Shown: positions 1 to 8,372 of the stretch, piece after piece
How the letters are laid out: each line of letters begins with the position of its first letter
Position numbering within the stretch: the first letter of the stretch is position 1
Origin: Candidatus Electrothrix yaqonensis
GTDB lineage: Bacteria; Desulfobacterota; Desulfobulbia; Desulfobulbales; Desulfobulbaceae
Length of the DNA stretch: 32,000 nucleotides
Reading direction: 5' to 3'
NCBI GenBank assembly: GCA_047651235.1
Contig: CP178758.1
Coordinates: 1,890,001 to 1,922,000 of the forward strand
Notes under the pieces: generated by a model
What the model saw: only the letters and a program-made list of their open reading frames with translations
Databases searched by the model: none
What the model was told of the DNA's origin: nothing
Program-made: the position numbers and the translations under genes

Positions 1-668
1 AGCAGCACCGGGATCTGGCCAGGCTTGATTTCCAGCAGGGTCGGTTCCGGCAGACGGTGCACAGGATGCGCACGCCTCTGGTTTCCACTGCAGCCCGTTA
101 TATTCAGGAACCTGCCCGTGCAGGAGGAACAGAGCCTGCAGCCTTAGCTGTCCGGCCGAAAAAAAACGAACCTGCAGGCGAAGGAGAACCGGCTCTCTCC
201 GCCCCGGAAAAGGAAACAGGCAGGGAAACAGACAGCGGTGCGGCTCCGCCGATAACCGCCCTAATCCCGGATGAAATTCTGCCCGATATCCCACAACCGG
301 CCCTGCAGGAGCAGGTACGCCGCCGCCTGGGCTATGACCTCTGCCGGCTGGTCCCGTTCTGGACCTTGAACCGGAATGAAGAGGAGGAACTGGCTGTTCT
401 GCAGGCGGCAATGCAGGAACACGGCTGCGATGACCTCTTCCTGCTCCAGGAAGCCTGGCAGCCGCCCATTGAGGAGCTGTTCACCTGGCTCGGTCTGCTG
501 CGCCGGACCGTGGGGCAGCGGCCTATCATTTTTCTGGCCCTGGTCGGCAAACCGACTCCGGAGACCATACTGACCCCGGTGCAGCTGCAGCATCTGCAGA
601 TCTGGCAGCAAAAAACAGCCGCGCTCGGCGATCCGGGCCTGCAGCTCATTGAACTGGTGACCCTATGA
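1..668 (+). CDS. C-terminal part of a conserved hypothetical protein (DUF2868-like partner of the downstream GTPase); 5' end lies outside the window
   Basis: The frame is open from base 3 (..QHRDLARLDFQQGRFRQTVHRM..), so the listed ATG at 57 is probably internal. The stop overlaps the next start (ATGA at 665-668), indicating translational coupling. The family name rests on my recollection that DUF2868 genes pair with DUF3482 GTPases, not on a motif. Confidence 0.6.
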   Translation, partial: QHRDLARLDFQQGRFRQTVHRMRTPLVSTAARYIQEPARAGGTEPAALAVRPKKNEPAGEGEPALSAPEKETGRETDSGAAPPITALIPDEILPDIPQPALQEQVRRRLGYDLCRLVPFWTLNRNEEEELAVLQAAMQEHGCDDLFLLQEAWQPPIEELFTWLGLLRRTVGQRPIIFLALVGKPTPETILTPVQLQHLQIWQQKTAALGDPGLQLIELVTL

Positions 669-2110
669 ACAATCTTTCTGAACGACCGCCTGTTCCTGAA
701 TTTGCCATTGTCGGCCATCCCAATGAGGGCAAGTCCTCGGTTCTGTCCACTCTGAGCGAAGACGATTCCGTGCGGGTCAGCCCGGTGCCGGGCGAGACCA
801 GGGAATGCCGGACCTTTCCGGTGATCATCGACAACCGGGAGCTGATCCGCTTCACCGATACCCCGGGATTTCAAAATCCCCGCAAAACCCTGGCCTGGAT
901 GCAGCAGTTTCAGGGGGATGACCGGGATATGATCACCGAGTTCATCCGCACGCACCGGGATGATCCTGCCTTTCATGACGACTGCGCTCTGCTTGCGCCC
1001 TTATCCGCCGGAGCAGGGCTGATCTTTGTGGTGGACGGGTCCAGACCGCTGCGCAATATCGACCGGGCGGAAATGGAGATTCTGCGCCTCACCGGCAGGC
1101 CGCGCATGGCCATTATCAACTGCAAGGATGAGGACAGCGGCTTTCTGGAGAGCTGGCAGAATGAATTCCGTAAGCATTTCAATTCAATCCGCCTGTTCAA
1201 TGCCAATAAGGCCACCTACAGTCAGCGTATCGCCCTGCTCAACAGCCTGAAGTCCATTGATCAGGATTTGGAGGGCGTTATTGAGTCGGTCATTGCAGCC
1301 TTCCGGGCCGACTGGTGCAACCGCAACCGGCAGGCTGCCGCCCTGATTGCGGACATGCTGACAGACAGCCTCCTGTATCATAAAAGAGCAGCCTGTCCGC
1401 CGGGAACAAACGAGGAGCAGCTGCGGAACAAGCTGCACAGGGACTATACCGCCTTTGTCAGCAAACGGGAACGCACGGCCCATCAGCAGATCCGCAGGTT
1501 GTTCAAACATAATATTTTTAACCTGCAGCTGCCTGGCCAGTCCATCCTCCAGGAAGACCTGTTTGCCGCCAGAACCTGGCAGTTCCTCGGCCTGACCGCC
1601 AAACAGCTGACCATGGCCGGAGCTGTCAGCGGCGCAGCCCTGGGCGCCGGACTGGATACCCTGGCCGGGGGGATCACCTTCGGGGTGTTCACCGGCATCG
1701 GCGGGGCAATCGGCGCGGCTGCCGCAGCCATCAAAGGGAAAGAGATACTCTTTGGAACCAGGCTGCTGGGCATGAAACTGGATCAGGAGAACCTCCAGGT
1801 CGGACCGGTGACCAATATCCAGCTGCTCTACATCCTGCTGGATCGGGCCCTGCTCTTTTACAGCTATGTTATCAACTGGGCCCACGGCCGCCGGGATTAT
1901 CCCGATTGCCCCGATGCTGCGGCGCCTGCCGATGCGGACGGAGCCGAAAAGCAGGGATACACCGCCGACTGGAGCAAAAATGAACGCGCAGTCTGCAACC
2001 GCTTTTTCAAGTCTCTGCAGAAAAGTTATCTGCCGGACAGAGATCAGGCCGAGACAGAAATGCTCGTTCTGCTTCGGGAAAAACTTCGGGAGATTTCAGA
2101 GGAGGGATGA
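665..2110 (+). CDS. Membrane-associated P-loop GTPase (GTPase + DUF3482-like architecture)
   Basis: G1 GHPNEGKSS, G3 DTPG and G4 NCKD are present. The C-terminal half has a Gly/Ala-rich hydrophobic segment (AVSGAALGAGLDTLAGGITFGVFTGIGGAIGAAAAAI). The start overlaps the upstream stop. Confidence 0.85.
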   Translation: MNNLSERPPVPEFAIVGHPNEGKSSVLSTLSEDDSVRVSPVPGETRECRTFPVIIDNRELIRFTDTPGFQNPRKTLAWMQQFQGDDRDMITEFIRTHRDDPAFHDDCALLAPLSAGAGLIFVVDGSRPLRNIDRAEMEILRLTGRPRMAIINCKDEDSGFLESWQNEFRKHFNSIRLFNANKATYSQRIALLNSLKSIDQDLEGVIESVIAAFRADWCNRNRQAAALIADMLTDSLLYHKRAACPPGTNEEQLRNKLHRDYTAFVSKRERTAHQQIRRLFKHNIFNLQLPGQSILQEDLFAARTWQFLGLTAKQLTMAGAVSGAALGAGLDTLAGGITFGVFTGIGGAIGAAAAAIKGKEILFGTRLLGMKLDQENLQVGPVTNIQLLYILLDRALLFYSYVINWAHGRRDYPDCPDAAAPADADGAEKQGYTADWSKNERAVCNRFFKSLQKSYLPDRDQAETEMLVLLREKLREISEEG

Positions 2111-2446
2111 TAAGATAGGCAGGGATGAGGCTGCAGAGATACTGTCTGTTGACCCGGTTTTCATCCTGCTGCAGAGTGATCTGTTCAGTCGCGGCCGGTT
2201 TTGGAACAGGATTACGACGGCAGGACAGCCCTGCGGCTGCCCGTATTCTCCGCAACATCGGGTCGCTCGTCGGCACGGTGAGACTATAAGACTATAGCTC
2301 CGTCGATCTGCTCCGCTTTGATTTTATCCTGCTTAATCATATAGATTATTATAGAACTTCAGTTGTTCTTTTTGCCGACACGTTGTAATCTGAGAGAAGA
2401 GAGAAGAATGAAGAAATCGTTGCAAAGAAGTTGAGGTGAAGTTGAG

Positions 2447-3001
2447 GTGAAAACAACGCAGTCTCCCTGCTGTCAGTTATGCGGGGCGCAAGAAGAGATC
2501 GTCCTTATTGCGGGATATCAGGCATGTTCATCCTGCTGTATCCTCGCGGATACCATAAGGAAACGTCCTGATGTGATTGAAAATATATGGCCGCATATCC
2601 ATGGCGAGTCATTCCGCCCAACCTCCCCTGCCTCTGCAACAAACCATGAACTGCCGGAGGTTCTGGATGGCAGGCGTTACCGCACTGTAGATCGGGATCG
2701 GAACACGTGGTATCTCTCTGTCAGTGAAGTTAACGAGTGTCCGGTGGAAATTTTCGCCTCAACAGCTTTTGACTGCGAGCATGAACTGCTGTCACAGATT
2801 TCCAATCTGACCACAATCACCAGATTAATTTCCCTAATTCTTCGCCATATTTTCCTGCATGAAGCACTGACGCTGGAAAAATGCCTCAAACAGCTGAAAC
2901 GCAGCTCCCGGAACAGGAATGATCTGCCGGACATGCTGTATCGTGTGCTGAGCCGTTATCCTGAAGCTGCAGGGATGTCAAATTCTCATAAACAAGGATA
3001 A
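2447..3001 (+). CDS. Small Zn-ribbon protein with a degenerate TSCPD-like domain (resembles the C-terminal region of class II ribonucleotide reductase)
   Basis: N-terminal CxxC...CxxC (CCQLCG..CSSCC). The segment WYLSVSEVNECPVEIFASTAF..TTITRLISLILRH...LKQLKRSS...DLPDMLYRVL parallels my recollection of the RNR C-terminal pattern (roughly LYITVNE..GRPFEVF, then AIGRLISLALR, L.GI, TSCPDAIA.AL; recalled from memory, not checked), but TSCPD is replaced by NDLPD. GTG start with GAGGTG 8 nt upstream. Confidence 0.7.
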   Translation: MKTTQSPCCQLCGAQEEIVLIAGYQACSSCCILADTIRKRPDVIENIWPHIHGESFRPTSPASATNHELPEVLDGRRYRTVDRDRNTWYLSVSEVNECPVEIFASTAFDCEHELLSQISNLTTITRLISLILRHIFLHEALTLEKCLKQLKRSSRNRNDLPDMLYRVLSRYPEAAGMSNSHKQG

Positions 3002-3077
3002 CTCCGATATCTCTCTGCTCTCTGTTGTGGCAATGATATTTATTTTTTTATTGAAACTATTTTAAGAACCGTTCCTT

Positions 3078-5558
3078 ATGATTCTTTTTTGTGAAGAATG
3101 CGGTCAGCGGAACAGTATTATTCTGAAGCCGTCCATTATCGAAAACAACAGATTCACCTGCCAGTTCTGCGGCTTCCACAGTCCGTTCCCCTTTCTGGAT
3201 AAAAACCGCAGGAGGAGCAGGACCGGCTCTAATATTACCTGGCATCCGGAAGTACTGCAGCTCGGCCCTGGATCTGAGGGCGAGGAGCAGCAGTTCCGGC
3301 TCGTTTTTACCGTCGCCGATATTCAGACGCCGGAACTGACGGTTGCACCTTTTCAGCGTTTTTCCCATTTGATCACGGTGCATAAGGCGGAGCCGGGTAC
3401 ATTCATGATTATCATCAGACCGCCGGGAACAGATGAAGCACTTCCGCCCGGCTACAGCGGTCCAGGAATAATCTACTGCGAAGAGCACCTCATGAGCTGG
3501 GGGACAATTGATCTCCTTCGCGAAGAGCAGGCCGAGACTTCCGGGGTGCCGGTCATCCCGACGCAGAATCTTCCTCTTCCTGCTGCACCGCAGGCCGGGA
3601 AAGCAGCGGATGAGCTGGCGGAAGACAGGGAAGTACCGGATGAGCATATGCGGTCTCTGGAGCAGCAGCTGGCAGAATACAGGATTCAGCTGCATCAGGC
3701 CAGAACCGCTTCCTTGAGAATGCAGAAAGAGCTTGCTGTCAGGCGGCAGATTATGGACAGTCAGCAGTGCGGCATCCTTCTGGTTAACCTGGAGCAGCGG
3801 ATTGTCTATGCCAATCCGGTTTTTCTCCGGCAGACCGGTTACAGCCTGAAGGCAGTCCAGGGAAAACGGCTGGAACAGGTAGTCAGCCTGGCTGATACCG
3901 ACTGCACCCTGCGTGAGGCCATGCAGCAGGCCATGCAGGAACAGCAATGGGAGGGTACGGCCCTACTGAAAGAGGCTGTCCGCCAGGGGAATTGGCAGAG
4001 CAGCGGGGATTCAGGAGAAAAAGAAGGTGAGGGAAAACAGTCAGCTCTCTATATCAGATATTCCGAGGGTGGCGAAGAGGGGCAGGACAAGGCCTTTGTC
4101 TGTCTGCTGTATCCGAAAGAGCCGCAGGAGAATGCTTCTACGATGTCGTATGGCCGGGCAGCAGAAGGGGGCGGAGGCGATGCCCAAGCGAATCAAAATC
4201 ATCTGTCCGCCGAGCTTACCTATGACAGCCTGACCGGCCTTGTCGATAGACCGTCCTTTCAGCAGTATCTGGAAGATTCCATTCAGCTGGCCCAGGATGA
4301 TGACGCGAGAATCAGCCTGCTGTACGTAGATCTTGACCATTTTAAACGCATCAATCAGATATTCGGTCCCGGGTTCGGGGATAAAATTCTGTGCAGTGTG
4401 GCAACCATTCTGCAGCAATGCGGCAAAGAGGCAGGAGCCGATCTTGTTGCCCGGCTGAGCGGCGATGAGTTCGCTGTTGTTCTTCCTCCGCCTTCTGACA
4501 GGAAAGTGGCAGAACAGCTTGCCCGGGAAATTATGCAGCGGTTCCGGACTCCTGTGAATAACGAATCCCGTGCTATTCTGATCAGGCCCAGTATCGGGTA
4601 CAGTGTCTATCCGGATGACGGCGAGTCGCCGCTGGATTTGCTGCGCAATGCGGATACAGCCATGGAGTCGGCAAAAAGCGAAGGCGGAAACCGGGTTCGT
4701 TCCTGGAACAGCGGCATGAAAATTCAGGCGGCCCAGAGTCTGTACCTGGAAAATGATCTGCGGGAGGCTGTGGCCAATGATAAGCTGATCAATTTTTATC
4801 AGCCCCAGATCGATCTGACCAACGGGGCTATCTGCGGCATGGAGGCGCTGGCCCGGTGGATTCATCCGGTGAAAGGACTTGTTTCTCCGGGCGCCTTTAT
4901 CCCTATCGCTGAAAGTACCGGACTTATCGAGAAAATGTGCATTGACCTTGTCCGACAGGCCTGTCTGCAGGGAAAAAGATGGCGTGATATGGGGTTCAGA
5001 AAATTCGTCATGGCCGTCAATCTTTCCGGCAGGCTGCTGCGCCGGCGCGATCTGTTTTATCAGATCATGAGCTGCATAGAATGTACGGGATTTCCGCCGG
5101 AATGGCTTGAGATCGAATTTACCGAGGGCGTACTGATTGAAAATATGGATTTCACCGTTGATCTGGTGGGTAAACTCCGTGCTGAAGGCATTAAACTGGC
5201 TATTGATGATTTTGGAACCGGCTATTCATCCCTGAGTTATCTGCAGCACCTGCATGTGGATAAAATAAAGATCGACCGTTCCTTTATCACCAATGTGACC
5301 ACCAACAGGACTGATGCGGCCATCACTCTGGGTATTGTCGCTATTGCCAAAAATCTCCGCTTCCGGGTCATTGCGGAAGGCATAGAAACCGAGGAGCATC
5401 TTTTCTTTCTTCAGAAAAACGGCTGTAATGAGGGGCAGGGATTTCTGTTCAGTCCGCCGATTCCGGAAAAAGAAATGACCGGGCTTCTGCTGCGTGACAG
5501 CAGTGTGGCCCTGAATCATAAACGGATGATCGACAAGTTCTACTCCATCAGAGCATAG
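3078..5558 (+). CDS. Zn-ribbon / PAS / GGDEF (SGDEF) / EAL c-di-GMP turnover protein
   Basis: N-terminal CEEC..CQFC ribbon. PAS-like region (GILLVNLEQRIVYANPVFLRQTGYS). GGDEF domain with RLSGDEFAVVL. EAL domain with EALARW, DDFGTGYSSLSYL, KIDRSF, AEGIETEE and QGFLFSPP. Confidence 0.95.
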   Translation: MILFCEECGQRNSIILKPSIIENNRFTCQFCGFHSPFPFLDKNRRRSRTGSNITWHPEVLQLGPGSEGEEQQFRLVFTVADIQTPELTVAPFQRFSHLITVHKAEPGTFMIIIRPPGTDEALPPGYSGPGIIYCEEHLMSWGTIDLLREEQAETSGVPVIPTQNLPLPAAPQAGKAADELAEDREVPDEHMRSLEQQLAEYRIQLHQARTASLRMQKELAVRRQIMDSQQCGILLVNLEQRIVYANPVFLRQTGYSLKAVQGKRLEQVVSLADTDCTLREAMQQAMQEQQWEGTALLKEAVRQGNWQSSGDSGEKEGEGKQSALYIRYSEGGEEGQDKAFVCLLYPKEPQENASTMSYGRAAEGGGGDAQANQNHLSAELTYDSLTGLVDRPSFQQYLEDSIQLAQDDDARISLLYVDLDHFKRINQIFGPGFGDKILCSVATILQQCGKEAGADLVARLSGDEFAVVLPPPSDRKVAEQLAREIMQRFRTPVNNESRAILIRPSIGYSVYPDDGESPLDLLRNADTAMESAKSEGGNRVRSWNSGMKIQAAQSLYLENDLREAVANDKLINFYQPQIDLTNGAICGMEALARWIHPVKGLVSPGAFIPIAESTGLIEKMCIDLVRQACLQGKRWRDMGFRKFVMAVNLSGRLLRRRDLFYQIMSCIECTGFPPEWLEIEFTEGVLIENMDFTVDLVGKLRAEGIKLAIDDFGTGYSSLSYLQHLHVDKIKIDRSFITNVTTNRTDAAITLGIVAIAKNLRFRVIAEGIETEEHLFFLQKNGCNEGQGFLFSPPIPEKEMTGLLLRDSSVALNHKRMIDKFYSIRA

Positions 5559-6292
5559 GGCGGAGAAGGGCAGCGGAGCACCTGCAGCTGAGCCAGCAGA
5601 GCCGTCACAGCGGTGTCCACATGCAGGATTCTGCGTCCCAGGGAGAAACCGGCAAACTCCTGCTCCAGAAAGCAGCGCACCTCAAAGTCATTCCATCCTC
5701 CTTCTGGGCCGACAGCCAGAAGAATATTTTTTTTCTGTTCCGCAGCCGGACAGACCTCCGGCAGCCCTGCCGGCAGCCCGGGATGGGCAAGCAGGCCCTG
5801 TCCCGGCAATGCGGGGACAATATCCTCAATAAACGGCCTGAAGCGGCGGTGTATATGCACCTCCGGCAGGCGGGTATCTACGGCCTGGACAAGCCCTTCC
5901 AAGAGCAGACTTCTGACTTTTTCCGGTTCCAGCACCGGGGTCTGAAAGAACGATTTTTCCACCTTGGCTGATCTGATCAGGTGAATCCGGCGCACTCCCA
6001 GCACAGTTGCCTGTTTCAGTATCCGCTGCAGCATAATGGGTCTGGGCAGGGCGAGGATGAGTTCTACGTCCGGCGCAGGCGGAGGCGGCAGGGTGAGCTG
6101 TATGTTCAGCACGACCTCAGCCGCATCCATTAAAATAATCTTTCCTGTGCCCATCCTGCCGTCAATCATACCCGTGCGCAGCGTATCACCGACTGTGAGC
6201 CTGAGCACAGTCCGAATATGTTCTGCCCGGAAATCGTTCAGAATCAGGCAGTCTCCGGCCAGTTCTTTCTGCTCAAAAAGGACAAGATTCAT
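5540..6292 (-). CDS. rsmE: 16S rRNA (uracil1498-N3)-methyltransferase RsmE family
   Basis: SPOUT C-terminal motifs LAVGPEGGW and LGRRILHVDTAVTALLAQL, with a PUA-like N-terminus. I prefer the internal ATG at 6292 (MNLVLFEQ..) to the ORF-track start at 6352. The 3' end overlaps the convergent GGDEF-EAL gene by 19 nt. Confidence 0.88.
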   Translation of the reverse strand: MNLVLFEQKELAGDCLILNDFRAEHIRTVLRLTVGDTLRTGMIDGRMGTGKIILMDAAEVVLNIQLTLPPPPAPDVELILALPRPIMLQRILKQATVLGVRRIHLIRSAKVEKSFFQTPVLEPEKVRSLLLEGLVQAVDTRLPEVHIHRRFRPFIEDIVPALPGQGLLAHPGLPAGLPEVCPAAEQKKNILLAVGPEGGWNDFEVRCFLEQEFAGFSLGRRILHVDTAVTALLAQLQVLRCPSPPYALME

Positions 6293-6415
6293 AGCAAAGC
6301 CTTTTATAGCGGAGCTCTTTGTTCCGCGTTCTGTTTTTCCCCGTAGTATCAAACGATTTTCGTTTTAGCAAACAAAGCGGGAATAAAAAATGAAAGATAA
6401 ATATCAATTTTTTAA

Positions 6416-6444
6416 TTGACGAATATACCACATGGCGGTATATA
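6416..6444 (+). promoter_or_regulatory. Sigma70-like promoter candidate for the Tat redox gene
   Basis: TTGACG (6416-6421), 17-nt spacer, TATATA (6439-6444), about 145 nt upstream of the 6589 start. GGTATA half-sites and an ACGGAG..CTCCGT hairpin lie in the leader. Confidence 0.4.
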
Positions 6445-6588
6445 TCGTGAGTGTACACTTTGTGGTATACGGAGTGTTCGGAGTCCCTCCGTGATAATCC
6501 GTGGCAGCCTGTATTTTGTAGCACTCTGTGCAACACAGCAGTTTCAGGCTGATGTCTTCAGACTATATTAACAACAGGAGATTGAGAA

Positions 6589-7390
6589 GTGAAGAATGAA
6601 GCAACGGGCAACCAGGATCATAACGTATCTGACGTATCAAGACGGCAAGTACTGAAGGGAACAGGTGCCTTGGCTGCAGGTGCGGCTCTGACTCATCTCG
6701 GTGGTCTGGTGAAACCGGCAGCAGCAACGGGCGGCAAAACAGAAAAATGGCCCTGGCCCTACACAAAACTTGATCCGGCAGAGACGGCGGAGATAGCCTA
6801 CCAGGAATGGTACCGGGTATTCTGCGGGGCTGCGGTCATCAACAGCGTATTCATCCAGCTCCGGGAAAAAATCGGCGAGCCCTATACGTCCTTTCCTTCT
6901 GATGCCTTTGTTTTTCTTGAGGGCGGCCAAGTGGGCTGGGGAACCATCTGCGGGTCTCCGGCATGTAGCCAATCTGATCATCGGTCCCCGTATTGACGGA
7001 GCTACAGCCGGGCACCAAATCGCCGGAGATATTATGGAGTGGTACTCAAAGGCGGACCTTCCCATCTACAAACCGAAAGAACCGAAAATTACGGCTAAGC
7101 TGCCCACCAGCACAAGCAACTCCCCGCTCTGCCATCTCTCTGTGGGCAGGTGGATGAAGACCGCCAACAAACCGATCGGCAGCGCGGAAAGAAAAGACCG
7201 GTGTGCGCGGGTTGCAGCCAGCACAGCCTATAAAGTGGTCGAGCTGCTGAATGACTGGAAAGCCGGAGGCTATGAGCAGGAAAGCGAATTCAGCTGCGGT
7301 AAGGAACACGGCATTACGGGGCAGCAGAACTGTACCGACTGCCACGGTACTCAGATCCCCAACGCGCCGCAGGCTCCAGAAAAGGCATAA
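6589..7390 (+). pseudogene. Tat-signal redox protein (C_GCAxxG_C_C-like body with C-terminal CxxCH haem-c motif, split-Soret-cytochrome-like), interrupted by a frameshift near 6955-6965
   Basis: Twin-arginine signal SRRQVLKGTGALAAGAAL. Frame 1 reads ..GGQVGWGTICGS, then nonsense and a stop at 6996. Frame 2 continues sensibly from about 6960 (..LRHVANLIIGPRIDGATAGHQIAGDIMEWYSK..SPLCHLSVGRWMK..CTDCHG) to 7390. The two frames overlap at 6902-6996. Confidence 0.7.
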
Positions 7391-7426
7391 GAGCTGTTAC
7401 AATAAGGCACGCAACAACCGCGATAG

Positions 7427-7463
7427 CGGGGCGAAGCAAATCGGCTTTACCCCGTTTTTTTTT
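7427..7463 (+). terminator. Rho-independent terminator after the Tat redox gene
   Basis: CGGGGCGAAGC / GCTTTACCCCG stem (10 pairs, one mismatch, 6-nt loop), followed directly by nine T residues (7455-7463). Confidence 0.75.
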
Positions 7464-7561
7464 CCTTCCCTCCTCAGTTTGTCCTTGATGTTCACGATTT
7501 CCTCTCCTCATTTCTTGGTTCAACAGATCTTATTTCCCGGCTTGACAAGGCAAAGAAACCA

Positions 7562-7663
7562 AGCCCGGATGAAGCGATTCAGATGCTCAAGGACGGCAAT
7601 GCCCGTTTTGTCAGCGGAAAATCTGCTCATCCCCATACAGATGCAGCCGGACTGGCCGTCCTG
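7562..7663 (+). pseudogene. N-terminal stub of a beta-class carbonic anhydrase
   Basis: Frame 2 reads SPDEAIQMLKDGNARFVSGKSAHPHTDAAGLA, which matches the N-terminal pattern I recall for beta-carbonic anhydrases (..LKEGNERFV.G...HP......R.GLA.GQ.P). Similarity ends at about 7660 (VLNIKELFSNS..*). The Cys/Asp/His zinc-site region is absent, and I see no convincing start codon. Confidence 0.5.
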
Positions 7664-7762
7664 AATATCAAAGAGTTGTTCAGTAATAGTCCCGCATCAG
7701 GCGGAGTTTGACCGGCCGGTATATTTTTTCGGTTCCACCCAGCAATTATAAATTTAACAAGA

Positions 7763-7869
7763 TATAGCTGGAGCAACATAATTTGAATATGCCCACAAGA
7801 GGCATAAGTTTTGCCTTCACGCCTTTCAGATAGCTGATCCTGTATTCAGTTTATACTGCTCCAGCTATA
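7763..7869. repeat. 107-bp inverted-repeat element (MITE-like or long-hairpin)
   Basis: TATAGCTGGAGCA (7763-7775) and its perfect reverse complement TGCTCCAGCTATA (7857-7869), 81-nt spacer. The arms extend to about 18 nt with 2 mismatches. There is an internal TATGCC..GGCATA hairpin. The element sits 24 nt from the stop of the truncated NTPase ORF. Confidence 0.6.
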
Positions 7870-7892
7870 CTATTTTATTTAACGAATATGTG

Positions 7893-8324
7893 TTATTGAA
7901 AGACCTGATCAATGATAATGCCGTCTTCTTGTTCCAGCTGTTTCAGCAGGGCCGCTGCCAGGGCCAGAAGCACGTCTGAATATTTGAGATTGTTGATGTC
8001 CAGCTTTTCCAGACAGTCGAGATGGATAACGTAATAGCGATCTGGATGGTGGAGATAGTCGGCACTGCGGAGCAACTCAGTGCTTTTGCCGCAACCGCGA
8101 TGACCGGTAAAGAGAGTGTATTGCTTAGGGGGCGCAGCAGGTTTGCTATGGGCAATGCCCTGATTGTCCACGTTCAGCTCCCGGTAGAGTCGCTTGAGGC
8201 TGAAATCCCCACGGGCCGAGTCAGTCTCGACAAAGAGCGGATCGCCGGGTTTAAGCGGTTCGTTATAGGCCAATCGAGTTTTGGCCTCCCAAATGGAAAT
8301 CCGATTCCGGCTGTTGTCTGTCAT
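7893..8324 (-). pseudogene. N-terminal fragment (143 aa) of a P-loop NTPase of STAND/AAA-like type
   Basis: Walker A GHRGCGKST at aa 74-82, preceded by a PL.PGDPLFVETDSARG lead-in that I recall as typical of large signalling NTPases. The ORF stops about 60 aa after the P-loop, before any Walker B or sensor regions, and AT-rich stop-filled DNA follows. Confidence 0.55.
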
Positions 8325-8372
8325 TATTTTTGATTATTTCTGTATTGCGGAAAAAACTGGAGATTCAATGTA

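Noticed and set aside
3057-4865. Long minus-strand ORFs (3057-3947, 296 aa; 4041-4865, 274 aa) opposite the GGDEF-EAL gene
   Set aside because: They lie entirely within a plus-strand gene that has unmistakable GGDEF/EAL motifs. Their products are low-complexity and Arg/Leu/Pro-rich, as expected for antisense shadows in GC-rich coding DNA. The same reasoning applies to 332-976(-), 1184-1885(-), 13830-14957(+), 23340-24155(-) and 26154-26921(-).
6293-6352. Longer rsmE start at 6352 (adds MILRGKTERGTKSSAIKGFA)
   Set aside because: RsmE proteins as I recall them start directly with the M..(V/I)..F motif, as in MNLVLFEQ. The extra 20 aa are basic and low-complexity, and they overlap the promoter-like AT-rich region.
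6994-6996. TGA at the end of the first Tat-redox ORF as a selenocysteine codon
   Set aside because: Reading through in the same frame gives an Arg/Tyr-rich sequence that is not protein-like and soon hits TAA. The conserved continuation lies in the +1 frame, so a frameshift explains the data better.
7251-7664. 137-aa plus-strand ORF spanning the end of the Tat redox gene into the intergenic region
   Set aside because: It overlaps the 3' end of the real gene and runs straight through a strong intrinsic terminator (7427-7463). The only protein-like signal downstream, the carbonic-anhydrase stub, is in a different frame.
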